Below, in pieces: positions 35,155 to 43,353 of a DNA stretch of 64,000 nt. The translations under genes and the position numbers were made by a program. Location: NCBI GenBank assembly GCA_963666975.2, contig CAXVYR010000002.1, positions 267,436 through 331,435 of the forward strand, read 5' to 3'. Source of the stretch: Terriglobia bacterium. GTDB lineage: Bacteria; Acidobacteriota; Terriglobia; 2-12-FULL-54-10. Each line of letters opens with the position of its first letter. Position 1 is the stretch's first letter. The notes under the pieces are model-generated. The model did no database searches. It saw only the letters and a program-made list of their open reading frames with translations, and was not told where the DNA came from.

Positions 35155-37002
35155 ATGAGAATTGCTTTGTTTTGCTTCTGGATGTTCTCAACCGCGTGTG
35201 TGGTGCTGGCACAGGATGGCGCTGCTCTTTACAACAAGCATTGCGCTTCTTGTCATGATTCCAGTGGCGCGACGCAAGCGCCGAATCGAAGCGCCCTGAG
35301 GCAACTGTCCCCGGAGCGGATCGCCGTGGTTCTGGAGGAAGGAGTCATGAGAGACCAGGGCCTTGAGCGCACTCCTACCGAGAGGCGCGCTATCGCAGAA
35401 TTCCTCTCCGATAAGCCCTACGGAAGCGAGCCCGCCGACACAATGGCTGCCGAGGCTGCTTGCCAGGGAGCTCCCGCGAGCTTCGCAGACCCTCTGGCAG
35501 GTCCAAACTGGAACGGTTGGGGCGCAAACCTCTCCAACACTCGCTTTCAGACTCCCGATATGGCAGGTCTCAGCGCCGGACAGGTGCCCCGGTTAAAGCT
35601 GAAATGGGCATTTGGATTCCCCGGAGACATCAGGGCTTACGCGCAGCCCACAATCGCAGGCGGACGTGTCTTCGTCGGCAGCGCCGGGCGCCGAGTGTAT
35701 TCGCTGGATGCCGCAACAGGGTGCGTTTATTGGGTGGTCAAAACGGACTCTCCCGTACGAACAGCAATTAGTATCGGTCCTTTAGCCCAGCGCGGGACAA
35801 GGCAGTATGCAGCTTATTGGGGCGACTCGCAGGCGAACGTGTACGCGGCGGATGTCGCGAATGGCAAGCTCTTGTGGAAGACGCAAGTGGACGACCATAC
35901 AGCCGCCCGCATCACGGGTGCCCCGCAGTTGCACGCTGGACGTCTGTACGTTCCAGTCTCTTCCTTGGAAGAGCTCAGCGCCGGTGCCCCCACCTACGAA
36001 TGCTGCACATTCCGGGGTAGTGTGGTGGCGCTCGACGCCGAAAGCGGCGAACAGATATGGAAGACCTATACCATTGCGCAGACTCCGAGGTCTACCGGAA
36101 AAAATAAGGTCGGAGTCCAGCTCTGGGGACCGTCGGGAGCGGCCATCTGGTCCGCACCGACTCTGGACCTACAGCGCGATGTGATCTATGTGGCGACAGG
36201 AGATAACTACTCGGACCCGCCCACAGCCATCAGTGACGCCATTCTGGCCCTGGATATGGATTCCGGCAAGATACTGTGGTTTCGTCAAATGACGGCGGGC
36301 GACGCCTGGAACCTGGCGTGCCGGGAAGACCGCGACGAAGCAAATTGTCCCGAATCCGACGGCCCGGATTTCGATTTCGGCTCCTCGCCCATTCTAGTGG
36401 AATTGTCGGGAGGCCGCCGGGCACTGGTTATCGGGCAGAAATCAGGCATTGTTCATGCCCTGGATCCGGATCGGGAAGGTGAGATTCTGTGGCAGAGGCG
36501 TGTCGGAAAGGGTGGAACTCTGGGGGGGATCCAGTGGGGTTCAGCCGCTGACGAACAGAAAGTTTACGTCGCTCTATCGGACATCGCTTTCCGTTGGAGC
36601 GGAAGTACACGAGAGCCAGATCCAAAAGTTGGTGGCGGTCTGTTCGCGCTGCGGCTGGCAACCGGAGAACAGGAGTGGTACAGCCCACCTCCTGCCTGCC
36701 CTGAGAACATCTCTTGCAGCCCCGCCCAATCGGCAGCGGTCACAGCCATCCCGGGCGTGGTCTTCTCCGGGTCGATCGACGGACATCTTCGAGCCTATTC
36801 CATGAAGGATGGAAAGATCCTTTGGGATTTTGACACCCTGCGAAGATATGAAACGGTAAACAGAGTGGAGGCCCAGGGTGGATCTCTGAACGGTCCTGGC
36901 GCTACAGTCGCAGGTGGAATGTTGTTCATCAATTCAGGTTACGGTGGTTTTGGTGGGAAGCCGGGAAACGTGTTACTGGCTTTCTCAGTGGGTGACGAGT
37001 AA
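35155..37002 (+). CDS. Quinohaemoprotein: N-terminal cytochrome c domain + PQQ beta-propeller dehydrogenase (polyvinyl-alcohol-dehydrogenase-like architecture)
   Basis: Start at ATG 35155 (SD GGAGAGG). Signal peptide. Haem motif 'CASCHD'. Seven PQQ-type 'A.D...G..LW' repeats. Vicinal cysteines 'YECCTFRGS'. Confidence 0.75.
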   Translation: MRIALFCFWMFSTACVVLAQDGAALYNKHCASCHDSSGATQAPNRSALRQLSPERIAVVLEEGVMRDQGLERTPTERRAIAEFLSDKPYGSEPADTMAAEAACQGAPASFADPLAGPNWNGWGANLSNTRFQTPDMAGLSAGQVPRLKLKWAFGFPGDIRAYAQPTIAGGRVFVGSAGRRVYSLDAATGCVYWVVKTDSPVRTAISIGPLAQRGTRQYAAYWGDSQANVYAADVANGKLLWKTQVDDHTAARITGAPQLHAGRLYVPVSSLEELSAGAPTYECCTFRGSVVALDAESGEQIWKTYTIAQTPRSTGKNKVGVQLWGPSGAAIWSAPTLDLQRDVIYVATGDNYSDPPTAISDAILALDMDSGKILWFRQMTAGDAWNLACREDRDEANCPESDGPDFDFGSSPILVELSGGRRALVIGQKSGIVHALDPDREGEILWQRRVGKGGTLGGIQWGSAADEQKVYVALSDIAFRWSGSTREPDPKVGGGLFALRLATGEQEWYSPPPACPENISCSPAQSAAVTAIPGVVFSGSIDGHLRAYSMKDGKILWDFDTLRRYETVNRVEAQGGSLNGPGATVAGGMLFINSGYGGFGGKPGNVLLAFSVGDE

Positions 37003-37494
37003 AGGGAAGAAACGGCGACGTACACGCGGGGCTTGAGTCCCTCGATGCGCACGGCGATCTTGAGGAAGGCGCGGCGGATGGTTTCGAACGTCGCCTTGCG
37101 CCACAGCGAGCGGCGCGGCCTGGCGAAGCTGACGCAACAGCCAATCAGCGCCGCTGTGCAGGAACAGCCGGAACTGGTTAGCTTCCCAGCGGTGGCACGA
37201 CGTGCGGTCGGACCGGGGGTAGAGCTTGTGCTCCTTGATCATGTTTTCCATTCTGACGCGGGTGCAATAGACCTCCTCGTAGAGCGCCTTGGCCTTGCCG
37301 CTCAGGTTGGTGACGATAAAACGGATGTCGGTTAATCCCCGCCGTGTAGGCAGCGCGGAGTAGTCCTGCACTCCCACAGCTTCTGCGTGTGGCGCACATG
37401 ACGCTTGTGGGTAAGTTGTGCAACCACCAGGCATGGGGCGGCTCTCAGGAAGGTCCGGTACAACCATGCGCGTAGCAGCGCGTATAATCCGCAA
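37003..37494 (-). pseudogene. C-terminal remnant of an IS1380-family transposase (frameshifted, N-terminal two thirds missing)
   Basis: 'YCTRVRMENMIKEHKLYPRSDRTSCHRWEANQFRLFLHSGADWLL'. It continues in another frame as 'WRKATFETIRRAFLKIAVRIEGLKPRV'. It abuts the stop of the quinohaemoprotein gene. Confidence 0.55.
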
Positions 37495-37566
37495 GTAGTT
37501 GTGGGATCATGGCCGAAATAGAGAATAGTCCTAGTGAGATGAGAATTCCGGGTTCGCTTTAGCTTG

Positions 37567-37690
37567 TGACCGGCCCCCGGTTTTTTGAGCCAAGTTGAAA
37601 GTGAGTTTTGCGGCAGATGAGGGGCCCTGGATTTTTGTACCAGTTTCAGGGTGAGTTTTGGGCTGTTTCCAGGCCTTTCAGATTGCAGCT
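37567..37690. mobile_element. Two juxtaposed IS3-like terminal segments, near-identical to ends present at 22182..22648
   Basis: 37567..37617 matches 22182..22232, beginning 'tgaccggcccccggttttttga'. 37618..37690 is the reverse complement of 22526..22598, with only about 1-2 mismatches by eye. Confidence 0.7.
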
Positions 37691-37726
37691 AGACCAATTT
37701 CACCGTTAGTGTATAGCATATCCACA

Positions 37727-38704
37727 GTGGCTGAGTTGTCTTTGCGTTTCGACGCGCTCTACGCTCGGCGGGGACGGCCGTCGAAGCCTCCGGAGCAGTT
37801 GATCCGGGCGCTGCTGTTGCAAGTGCTGTATGCGATCCGCAGCGAGCGGCAACTGATGGAGCGGATCAAGTATGATCTGCTGTTCCGCTGGTTCGTGGGC
37901 TTAGGAATCGATGAGCAGGAATGGGACGCCACGGTATTCACCAAGAATCGGGACCGGTTGCTGGGCGGCGCGGTCTCGCAACGGTTGCTGGAAGCGGTGC
38001 TGGAGCAGGCCCGGAGCCAGGACTTGTTGAGCGAGGAGCATTTCACGGTGGACGGGACGATCCTGGAAGCCTGGGCCAGCCGGAACAGCTTTGTGCCCAA
38101 AGACCCAGCCACGGTGGTGGGGACGGGAGCGCGGGGGAGGAAGTGTTTGCGGGACACGCATGAGTCGAAGACCGACCCGCAAGCACGCTTATATAAGAAG
38201 AGCATGGCGGGCGAAGCCAGACCGAGCTACCTGGGGCATGTGCTGATCGAGAATCGCAAGGGGCTGGTGGTAGCCGCCTGTGCCACGCAGTCCAGCACGA
38301 CGGCGGAGCGGGAGGCGGCCCTGGCGATGCTGGACGAGATGGGTCTGCGGCCAGAGAAGATTCCGCGAACCGGCCGGCGCATCACGCTGGGGGCGGACAA
38401 GTTGTATCAGGAGCGGAAGTTTATCGAAGGGCTGCGGCGACGCCAGGTGGTCCCGCATGTGGCCGAGTACGAGCCCTCGGCGTACTGGCCGAATTTTCTG
38501 ACCGAGGCGGAACGGAACGCTCCGGGGTTTGCACTCAGCCAGAAGAAACGCAAATTGGTGGAGAGAGTGTTCGGTTGGGGCAAGCTGGACAGCGTCATGC
38601 GCAAAATCAAGTTGCACGGACTGGCTCGGGTGGACTGGTTCTTTCGTTTCCTAGCCACCGCCCACGATCTGGTGCGGATGGTGAAGTTGGTTCCGGCGCA
38701 GTAA
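37727..38704 (+). CDS. IS5-family transposase (InsH-like: DUF772 N-terminus + DDE domain)
   Basis: 'GRPSKPPEQLIRALLLQVLYAIRSERQLMERIKYDLLFRWFVGL'. C-terminal 'KRKLVERVFGWGK...KLHGLARV...LATAHDLVRM'. Start taken at GTG 37727, because the first 23 ORF-track codons belong to the IS3-like end. The element termini are not resolved. Confidence 0.75.
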   Translation: MAELSLRFDALYARRGRPSKPPEQLIRALLLQVLYAIRSERQLMERIKYDLLFRWFVGLGIDEQEWDATVFTKNRDRLLGGAVSQRLLEAVLEQARSQDLLSEEHFTVDGTILEAWASRNSFVPKDPATVVGTGARGRKCLRDTHESKTDPQARLYKKSMAGEARPSYLGHVLIENRKGLVVAACATQSSTTAEREAALAMLDEMGLRPEKIPRTGRRITLGADKLYQERKFIEGLRRRQVVPHVAEYEPSAYWPNFLTEAERNAPGFALSQKKRKLVERVFGWGKLDSVMRKIKLHGLARVDWFFRFLATAHDLVRMVKLVPAQ

Positions 38705-38874
38705 GCGCAGGGAGTAGTGTCTCTGCACGGAGGAAATAGGCCCGTGCCGAGGTGGAAATCCTATGCAGAACTGCGGCAAAACCCGAAGAAAGTGACCACT
38801 GAAAAAATCCACAGCCAACGCGAGCGATTTTTTCAGCAGCCTGTTTAGCCGCTGAGGTTCATATGTTTCTATCG

Positions 38875-38950
38875 GGTCCCGTCAGGGGTTAAAACCCCTG
38901 ACGGCTGGCCTCGTTGCGGCACGACTGAAGTCGTGCCCTGACGAACCCCT
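38875..38950. repeat. Hairpin-rich intergenic repeat
   Basis: Perfect stems cgtcagggg/cccctgacg and ggcacgac/gtcgtgcc. The related 'gtgccctgac' unit also occurs near 17851. Confidence 0.5.
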
Positions 38951-39202
38951 ATACATCAATCCGTAAAATGCTGTAGATTTTTAATGGTTGTGGCCTGCTC
39001 GTTGCCGCTCCGCCCGACAAACCATGCATAAGCGAAAAGGAATCGCTACGGGCTCCATTCAGAGCGAATGCAGGCCCCACCAAACATTAATTTATAGCTT
39101 CCTTGGTGAACTAGGCCGAAGCCTGCCCGGTGTATCAGTCTAAATTGAGATGGCAGGCTGGGAGAAAACAAAGCCTCTTCCCTTTGCCAACGAGAAGCCC
39201 TC

Positions 39203-41095
39203 TCACCATTGCGCGGCCTGCCCACCAAGCTCTACCTGGGCTCCGGTCGGCTCCATGTTCCACTCGCGTGCCAAAGAGGGAACCAGGTGTACCAGCTTGC
39301 CACCCACCATCGTCATCAAAACCCGCAGCTTGGGGATGTCATCCACCGGAACCGTCAGGTAGTCCCTATTGAGTACTGCCAAGTCCGCCCATTTACCCGG
39401 CTCGAGCGACCCCAGCACATCTTCCCGCAGCGTCCCGTAAGCCGCCCAGAGCGTCGCCGACTTCAACATCGCTTCCCGGCTGATTGCCTGCTGAGGAGCT
39501 ATGACGTTCCCGTTCATATCCTTTCGGGTTATGCCGGAATAGAGAACCTGGAAGTAGGTTAGGTCCGTGTATCCAATCGGCCGGTCAATTTCCACACTAT
39601 TCATGATCCCGGCATCATAGAGAGCTTTGCGCGGAACTACTTGGTTGGCTCCTCGCTCCCCATAATCGTCCATGATCTTCTTTCCGCTTCCTTCCCAAAT
39701 GTAGAAGTCCCAACCACTGCCCATAATGCCCAGCTTCTGGTAGCGCGGAATCTGGTCCGGGCGGGGATACATTGCCATATGCTCAGTGACGTGGCGCTTG
39801 GCGCGGATCTCATCCAGTGTCATGCCAGCATCTTTGCTGGCCTTTTCGATGATGTCGAGGATGAGATCAATTTCCCCGTCGGCCATGATGTGATCCCCGG
39901 CCAGCCGTCCGCCAGCTTTTATATATTCATAAAGCGCTCGCGAAACATCGGGGTTGGTATATTGACACTTTCTTTCGCGCTGCTTCACTTTCGGCGAAGT
40001 GCCGGGGAGCTTGCTGCAATTCATGCCCATGTTCGGAACCATTCCTGTCGTCCAGAAGTAGTCCGAGCCATGTCCGAGCCGGCTGGCTTGAGCCCGGACA
40101 AAGTATGGATCGAAAAAGAAATCATTTCGGTACGGCCAAAACCAAGCCCACGCAAACCGGATAGACATCTGGCCCTGACGGGACAGCGAGTCATAAGCTT
40201 GAATCGCACCTCCCGTATAGAGCGCCGTGGCATTGAGGGTCTGCCCGTAACCCGCCATCCAGGACAGTCCCAGCCGATAAATTTCCTTCAGAACCTCGGG
40301 GGGGTAAAGAACATCTTGTTCGGGATAGCGATAGCAGACGGCACAGTAACCAGTTTTTTCAACGCTTCCTTCCCCCGCGCGGGAACCCACCAAGTCATCC
40401 AGAGTTCCTGCCTCCGGCTCTGGAAGAAAATAATTTATTTGATCTCCATAGAATTTCTTGGTTTCTTCCAGCGCCCTCTGGTTCAACACCGCCCCGACAA
40501 AACCACCGCGCACAATCACCGGATTATCGGGAGCAGCCAGATCCAGGTGCTCCTTGGTGATCTGCTGCCCTAAAATACCCATAATCTGGTCTCGCCACTG
40601 ATATTGTTTCCCATACAGCATACTGATCCGAATCCACTGGCCGGGCTTGGCCTTGAGGACCGCCTCCTCCAAAACACGCGGAAATTTTTGCAACTGCTCG
40701 TCGGGTGGATCTTCCAAGAACCGCTCGATGTGTATATCGTCGGTGACCACTTTTTTGATTATATACGGATTCAGCAGGTCCCAGTCCTGCGGGTGATCGT
40801 GCGTCGCCCCGAAGCCCGGAGTTACCGTCCTCCCCTTCAGGTCAATGGATCGGGTGCCGCTGCCCGCCAGGCGGCGAACCTCGGCGTTGCTTCCCACCGC
40901 GACGATTTTTCCATCCCGAATTGCAATCGCCTGAGCAATGGTCCCTATGTTCGCATTGACCTCATGGTTGTCCACCGTCACGATCTTTCCATTGTGCAGA
41001 ATCGTATCCGGCGCCTGCTGGGCCCAAACGGGGCTCTGTGCAGCCCAGACAACACACACCAATATCGCCATTCCCCAAAAGAGTGGACTCTTCAT
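39203..41095 (-). CDS. Secreted Amidohydro_3 hydrolase, array paralogue 1
   Basis: SD AAGGTGGTG. Signal peptide ...VWAQQ. 'ATHDHPQDW', 'AGDHIMADGEID', 'KRHVTEHMAMYP', 'GWDFYIWEG'. Tail 'GAQVELGGQAAQW'. Confidence 0.9.
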   Translation of the reverse strand: MKSPLFWGMAILVCVVWAAQSPVWAQQAPDTILHNGKIVTVDNHEVNANIGTIAQAIAIRDGKIVAVGSNAEVRRLAGSGTRSIDLKGRTVTPGFGATHDHPQDWDLLNPYIIKKVVTDDIHIERFLEDPPDEQLQKFPRVLEEAVLKAKPGQWIRISMLYGKQYQWRDQIMGILGQQITKEHLDLAAPDNPVIVRGGFVGAVLNQRALEETKKFYGDQINYFLPEPEAGTLDDLVGSRAGEGSVEKTGYCAVCYRYPEQDVLYPPEVLKEIYRLGLSWMAGYGQTLNATALYTGGAIQAYDSLSRQGQMSIRFAWAWFWPYRNDFFFDPYFVRAQASRLGHGSDYFWTTGMVPNMGMNCSKLPGTSPKVKQRERKCQYTNPDVSRALYEYIKAGGRLAGDHIMADGEIDLILDIIEKASKDAGMTLDEIRAKRHVTEHMAMYPRPDQIPRYQKLGIMGSGWDFYIWEGSGKKIMDDYGERGANQVVPRKALYDAGIMNSVEIDRPIGYTDLTYFQVLYSGITRKDMNGNVIAPQQAISREAMLKSATLWAAYGTLREDVLGSLEPGKWADLAVLNRDYLTVPVDDIPKLRVLMTMVGGKLVHLVPSLAREWNMEPTGAQVELGGQAAQW

Positions 41096-41123
41096 AATTC
41101 ACCACCTTAAATTTAAGCAGTTT

Positions 41124-41167
41124 GCTAAAAAAGACAGGCCGGACGGAATGCCGCTTCCGTCCGCCTG
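41124..41167 (-). terminator. Intrinsic-terminator-like hairpin between paralogues 2 and 1
   Basis: On the minus strand, the stem caggcggacggaa / ttccgtccggcctg (one bulge, loop gcggca) is followed by tcttttttagc. It lies about 70 nt after the paralogue 2 stop and only about 30 nt before the paralogue 1 start. Confidence 0.55.
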
Positions 41168-41237
41168 CGGACCCGTACCCTCAAACCCCGAAATCCAACT
41201 GATCACTGCCCCGACTACCTCGTTCTACCAGGAAAAC

Positions 41238-43109
41238 CTACCATTGCGCAGCGAGTCCGCCAAGCTCCACTTGGGCTCCGGTCGGCTCCATGTTCAACTC
41301 GCGGGCCAGAGAGGGAACCAGATGTATCGTTTTGCCACCCACCATGGTCATCAAAACCCGCAGCTTGGGGACCTCCTCTACCGGAACCGTCAGGTAGTCC
41401 TTGTCGAGCACCACCAGGTCCGCCCATTTACCCGGCTCCAGCGACCCGAGCACATCTTCCCGCTTCACCCCATAGGCCGCCCAGAGCGTCGCCGACTTCA
41501 ACATCGCCTGCCGGTCCACCGCCTGTTGCGGCGCGGTTACCTTCCCGTTCTGATCCTTCCGGGTAATACCGGAATAGAGAACCTGGAAGTAGGTCAGGTT
41601 GGTATATCCGATGGGCCGGTCAATCTCAACACTGTTCATGATCCCAGCCTCATAGAGACTCTTGCGAGGCACCACCTGCATCGCGCCCCGCTCGCCGTAA
41701 TCCCGCAGGACCTGCTGCGCGCTTCCTTCCCAGATGTAGAAGTCCCAGCCGCTGGTCATCATGCCCAACTCTTGATACCGGGGGATTTGGTCCGGTCGCG
41801 GATACATAGCCATATGTTCGGTGATATGGCGCTTAGCCCGAATCTCCTCCGGCGTCATGCCGCCATCTCGGCTCGCCCTCTCGATGGTGTCCAAGACCAG
41901 ATCAATTTCTCCATCTCCCATTTGATGATCTCCGAACAGCCGTCCGCCCGCCTTGATGTATTCATAAAGAGCTTTCACCATTTTAGGATTGGCGAACCGG
42001 CATTTGGCTTCCCGCTGCTTGACCTCCGGGGAAGTGCCGGGCAGCTTGCTGCAGCCGCCGCCCATCATCGAAGTCATGCCGGCCACCCAGAAATGATCCG
42101 TGCCCGTGTCCTCCCGGCTGACGGCGGCTTGCACAAAATAAGGATCAGAGAACAAGTCATTTCGAAACGGCCAGAACCAGCCCCAGGGAAGCCGAATGGC
42201 CATCTGATCCCGGCGATCCAGGCTGCTGTAGGCGCGAATCGCGCCTCCCGTGTACAGCGCCGTCGCATTGAGGGTGACCCCATACCCCCCCATCCAGGAC
42301 AACCCCAGGCGGTAGATATCCTGCAATACCTTGGACGGGTAGAGCACGTCCTGTTCGACATACCGATAGCAGGTGGAACAAACCCCCGATTGATCGAAGT
42401 CCGTCGGGGCGCCCCCGAGATCCCCCAGCGGCGAGTAGAGAAACTTGTCCCATTCCCCCGCATAGAACTTTTTCGTCTCCTCAATCGCTCTCTGGTTCAT
42501 CAAAAGTCCGACAAACCCCCCGCGCACAATCACTGGATTCTGAGGAGCCGCCAAGTCCAGCATCTGTTTGTTAATCTGCCGGCCTAAAAACGCTGAAACC
42601 TCCTCTCTCCACCTGTATTCCTCTCCGTACAGCATACTAATCCGAATCCATTGGCCGGGCCTGGCCTTCTGGACTGCCTCCTCCAAAACCCGCGGAAATT
42701 GTTGCAACTGTTGCTGAGGAGGATCGTTCAAGAAACGCTCGATGTGCATATCGTCGGTGACTACTTTCTTGACGATATACGGGTTCAGGGGGTCCCAGTC
42801 CGCCGGATGGTCGTGCGTCGCGCCAAAGCCCGGAGCCACCATCCTCCCTTTCAGATCCAGGGACTGCGTGTTGCTGCCCGCCAGGCGGCGAATCTCGGCG
42901 TTGCTGCCCACCGCGACGATTCTTCCATCCCGGATTGCAATCGCCTGAGCAATGGTCCCCAAATTGGAATCGACTTCATGGTTGTCCACCGTCACGATCT
43001 TTCCATTGTGCAGAATCGTATCCGGCGCCTGCTGGGCCCAAACGGAGCTCTGTGCAGCCCAGATAACACAAACAAGTATCGCAACTCCAAAAAGACGTGT
43101 GCTTTTCAT
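41238..43109 (-). CDS. Secreted Amidohydro_3 hydrolase, array paralogue 2
   Basis: SD AAGGTGGT. Same motifs ('ATHDHPADW', 'FGDHQMGDGEID', 'KRHITEHMAMYP'). Tail 'GAQVELGGLAAQW'. Confidence 0.9.
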   Translation of the reverse strand: MKSTRLFGVAILVCVIWAAQSSVWAQQAPDTILHNGKIVTVDNHEVDSNLGTIAQAIAIRDGRIVAVGSNAEIRRLAGSNTQSLDLKGRMVAPGFGATHDHPADWDPLNPYIVKKVVTDDMHIERFLNDPPQQQLQQFPRVLEEAVQKARPGQWIRISMLYGEEYRWREEVSAFLGRQINKQMLDLAAPQNPVIVRGGFVGLLMNQRAIEETKKFYAGEWDKFLYSPLGDLGGAPTDFDQSGVCSTCYRYVEQDVLYPSKVLQDIYRLGLSWMGGYGVTLNATALYTGGAIRAYSSLDRRDQMAIRLPWGWFWPFRNDLFSDPYFVQAAVSREDTGTDHFWVAGMTSMMGGGCSKLPGTSPEVKQREAKCRFANPKMVKALYEYIKAGGRLFGDHQMGDGEIDLVLDTIERASRDGGMTPEEIRAKRHITEHMAMYPRPDQIPRYQELGMMTSGWDFYIWEGSAQQVLRDYGERGAMQVVPRKSLYEAGIMNSVEIDRPIGYTNLTYFQVLYSGITRKDQNGKVTAPQQAVDRQAMLKSATLWAAYGVKREDVLGSLEPGKWADLVVLDKDYLTVPVEEVPKLRVLMTMVGGKTIHLVPSLARELNMEPTGAQVELGGLAAQW

Positions 43110-43222
43110 AAATTACCACCTTGAATTATAAGCAGTTTGCTAAGAAAGCCAGGCCGAACGGAATGTCCGCTTCCGCTTGGCAGTTTGTGACTTCAAACCT
43201 CCGAGAGCCAACTAACCTTTAG

Positions 43223-43316
43223 TAGGTTGTTGAAAAACACCATTTACCCGCTCCCTCACCCCTCGGCTTCGCTCGGGGCAGGTTTCGCGGCCCGGACTAT
43301 ACACGAACTGTGAAAG
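43223..43316 (-). repeat. Dispersed intergenic repeat, copy 3, inserted in the paralogue 3/2 spacer
   Basis: The reverse complement reads 'tttcacagttcgtgtatagtccgggccgcg...gtgagggagcgggtaaatggtgtttttcaacaacc'. It is absent from the homologous spacers 41096..41237 and 45235..45388. Confidence 0.7.
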
Positions 43317-43353
43317 TGCTTTAATTACTCGTTCCAATTCCTCGCCGGAAAAC

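Noticed and set aside
40938-42587. A 549-aa ORF on the plus strand. Similar long plus-strand ORFs lie at 39641..40573, 43642..44721, 45473..46270, 48594..49337, 49870..51138, 52351..53577 and 55273..56547. Long minus-strand ORFs lie at 6771..7745, 7773..8909 and 15892..17190. ORF 1879..3600 (+) belongs to the same class.
   Set aside because: All lie antisense to strongly supported genes. They have Arg/Pro/Gly-rich, low-complexity-like translations with no recognisable motifs, signal peptides or RBS. This is the typical shadow-ORF pattern of GC-rich coding DNA.
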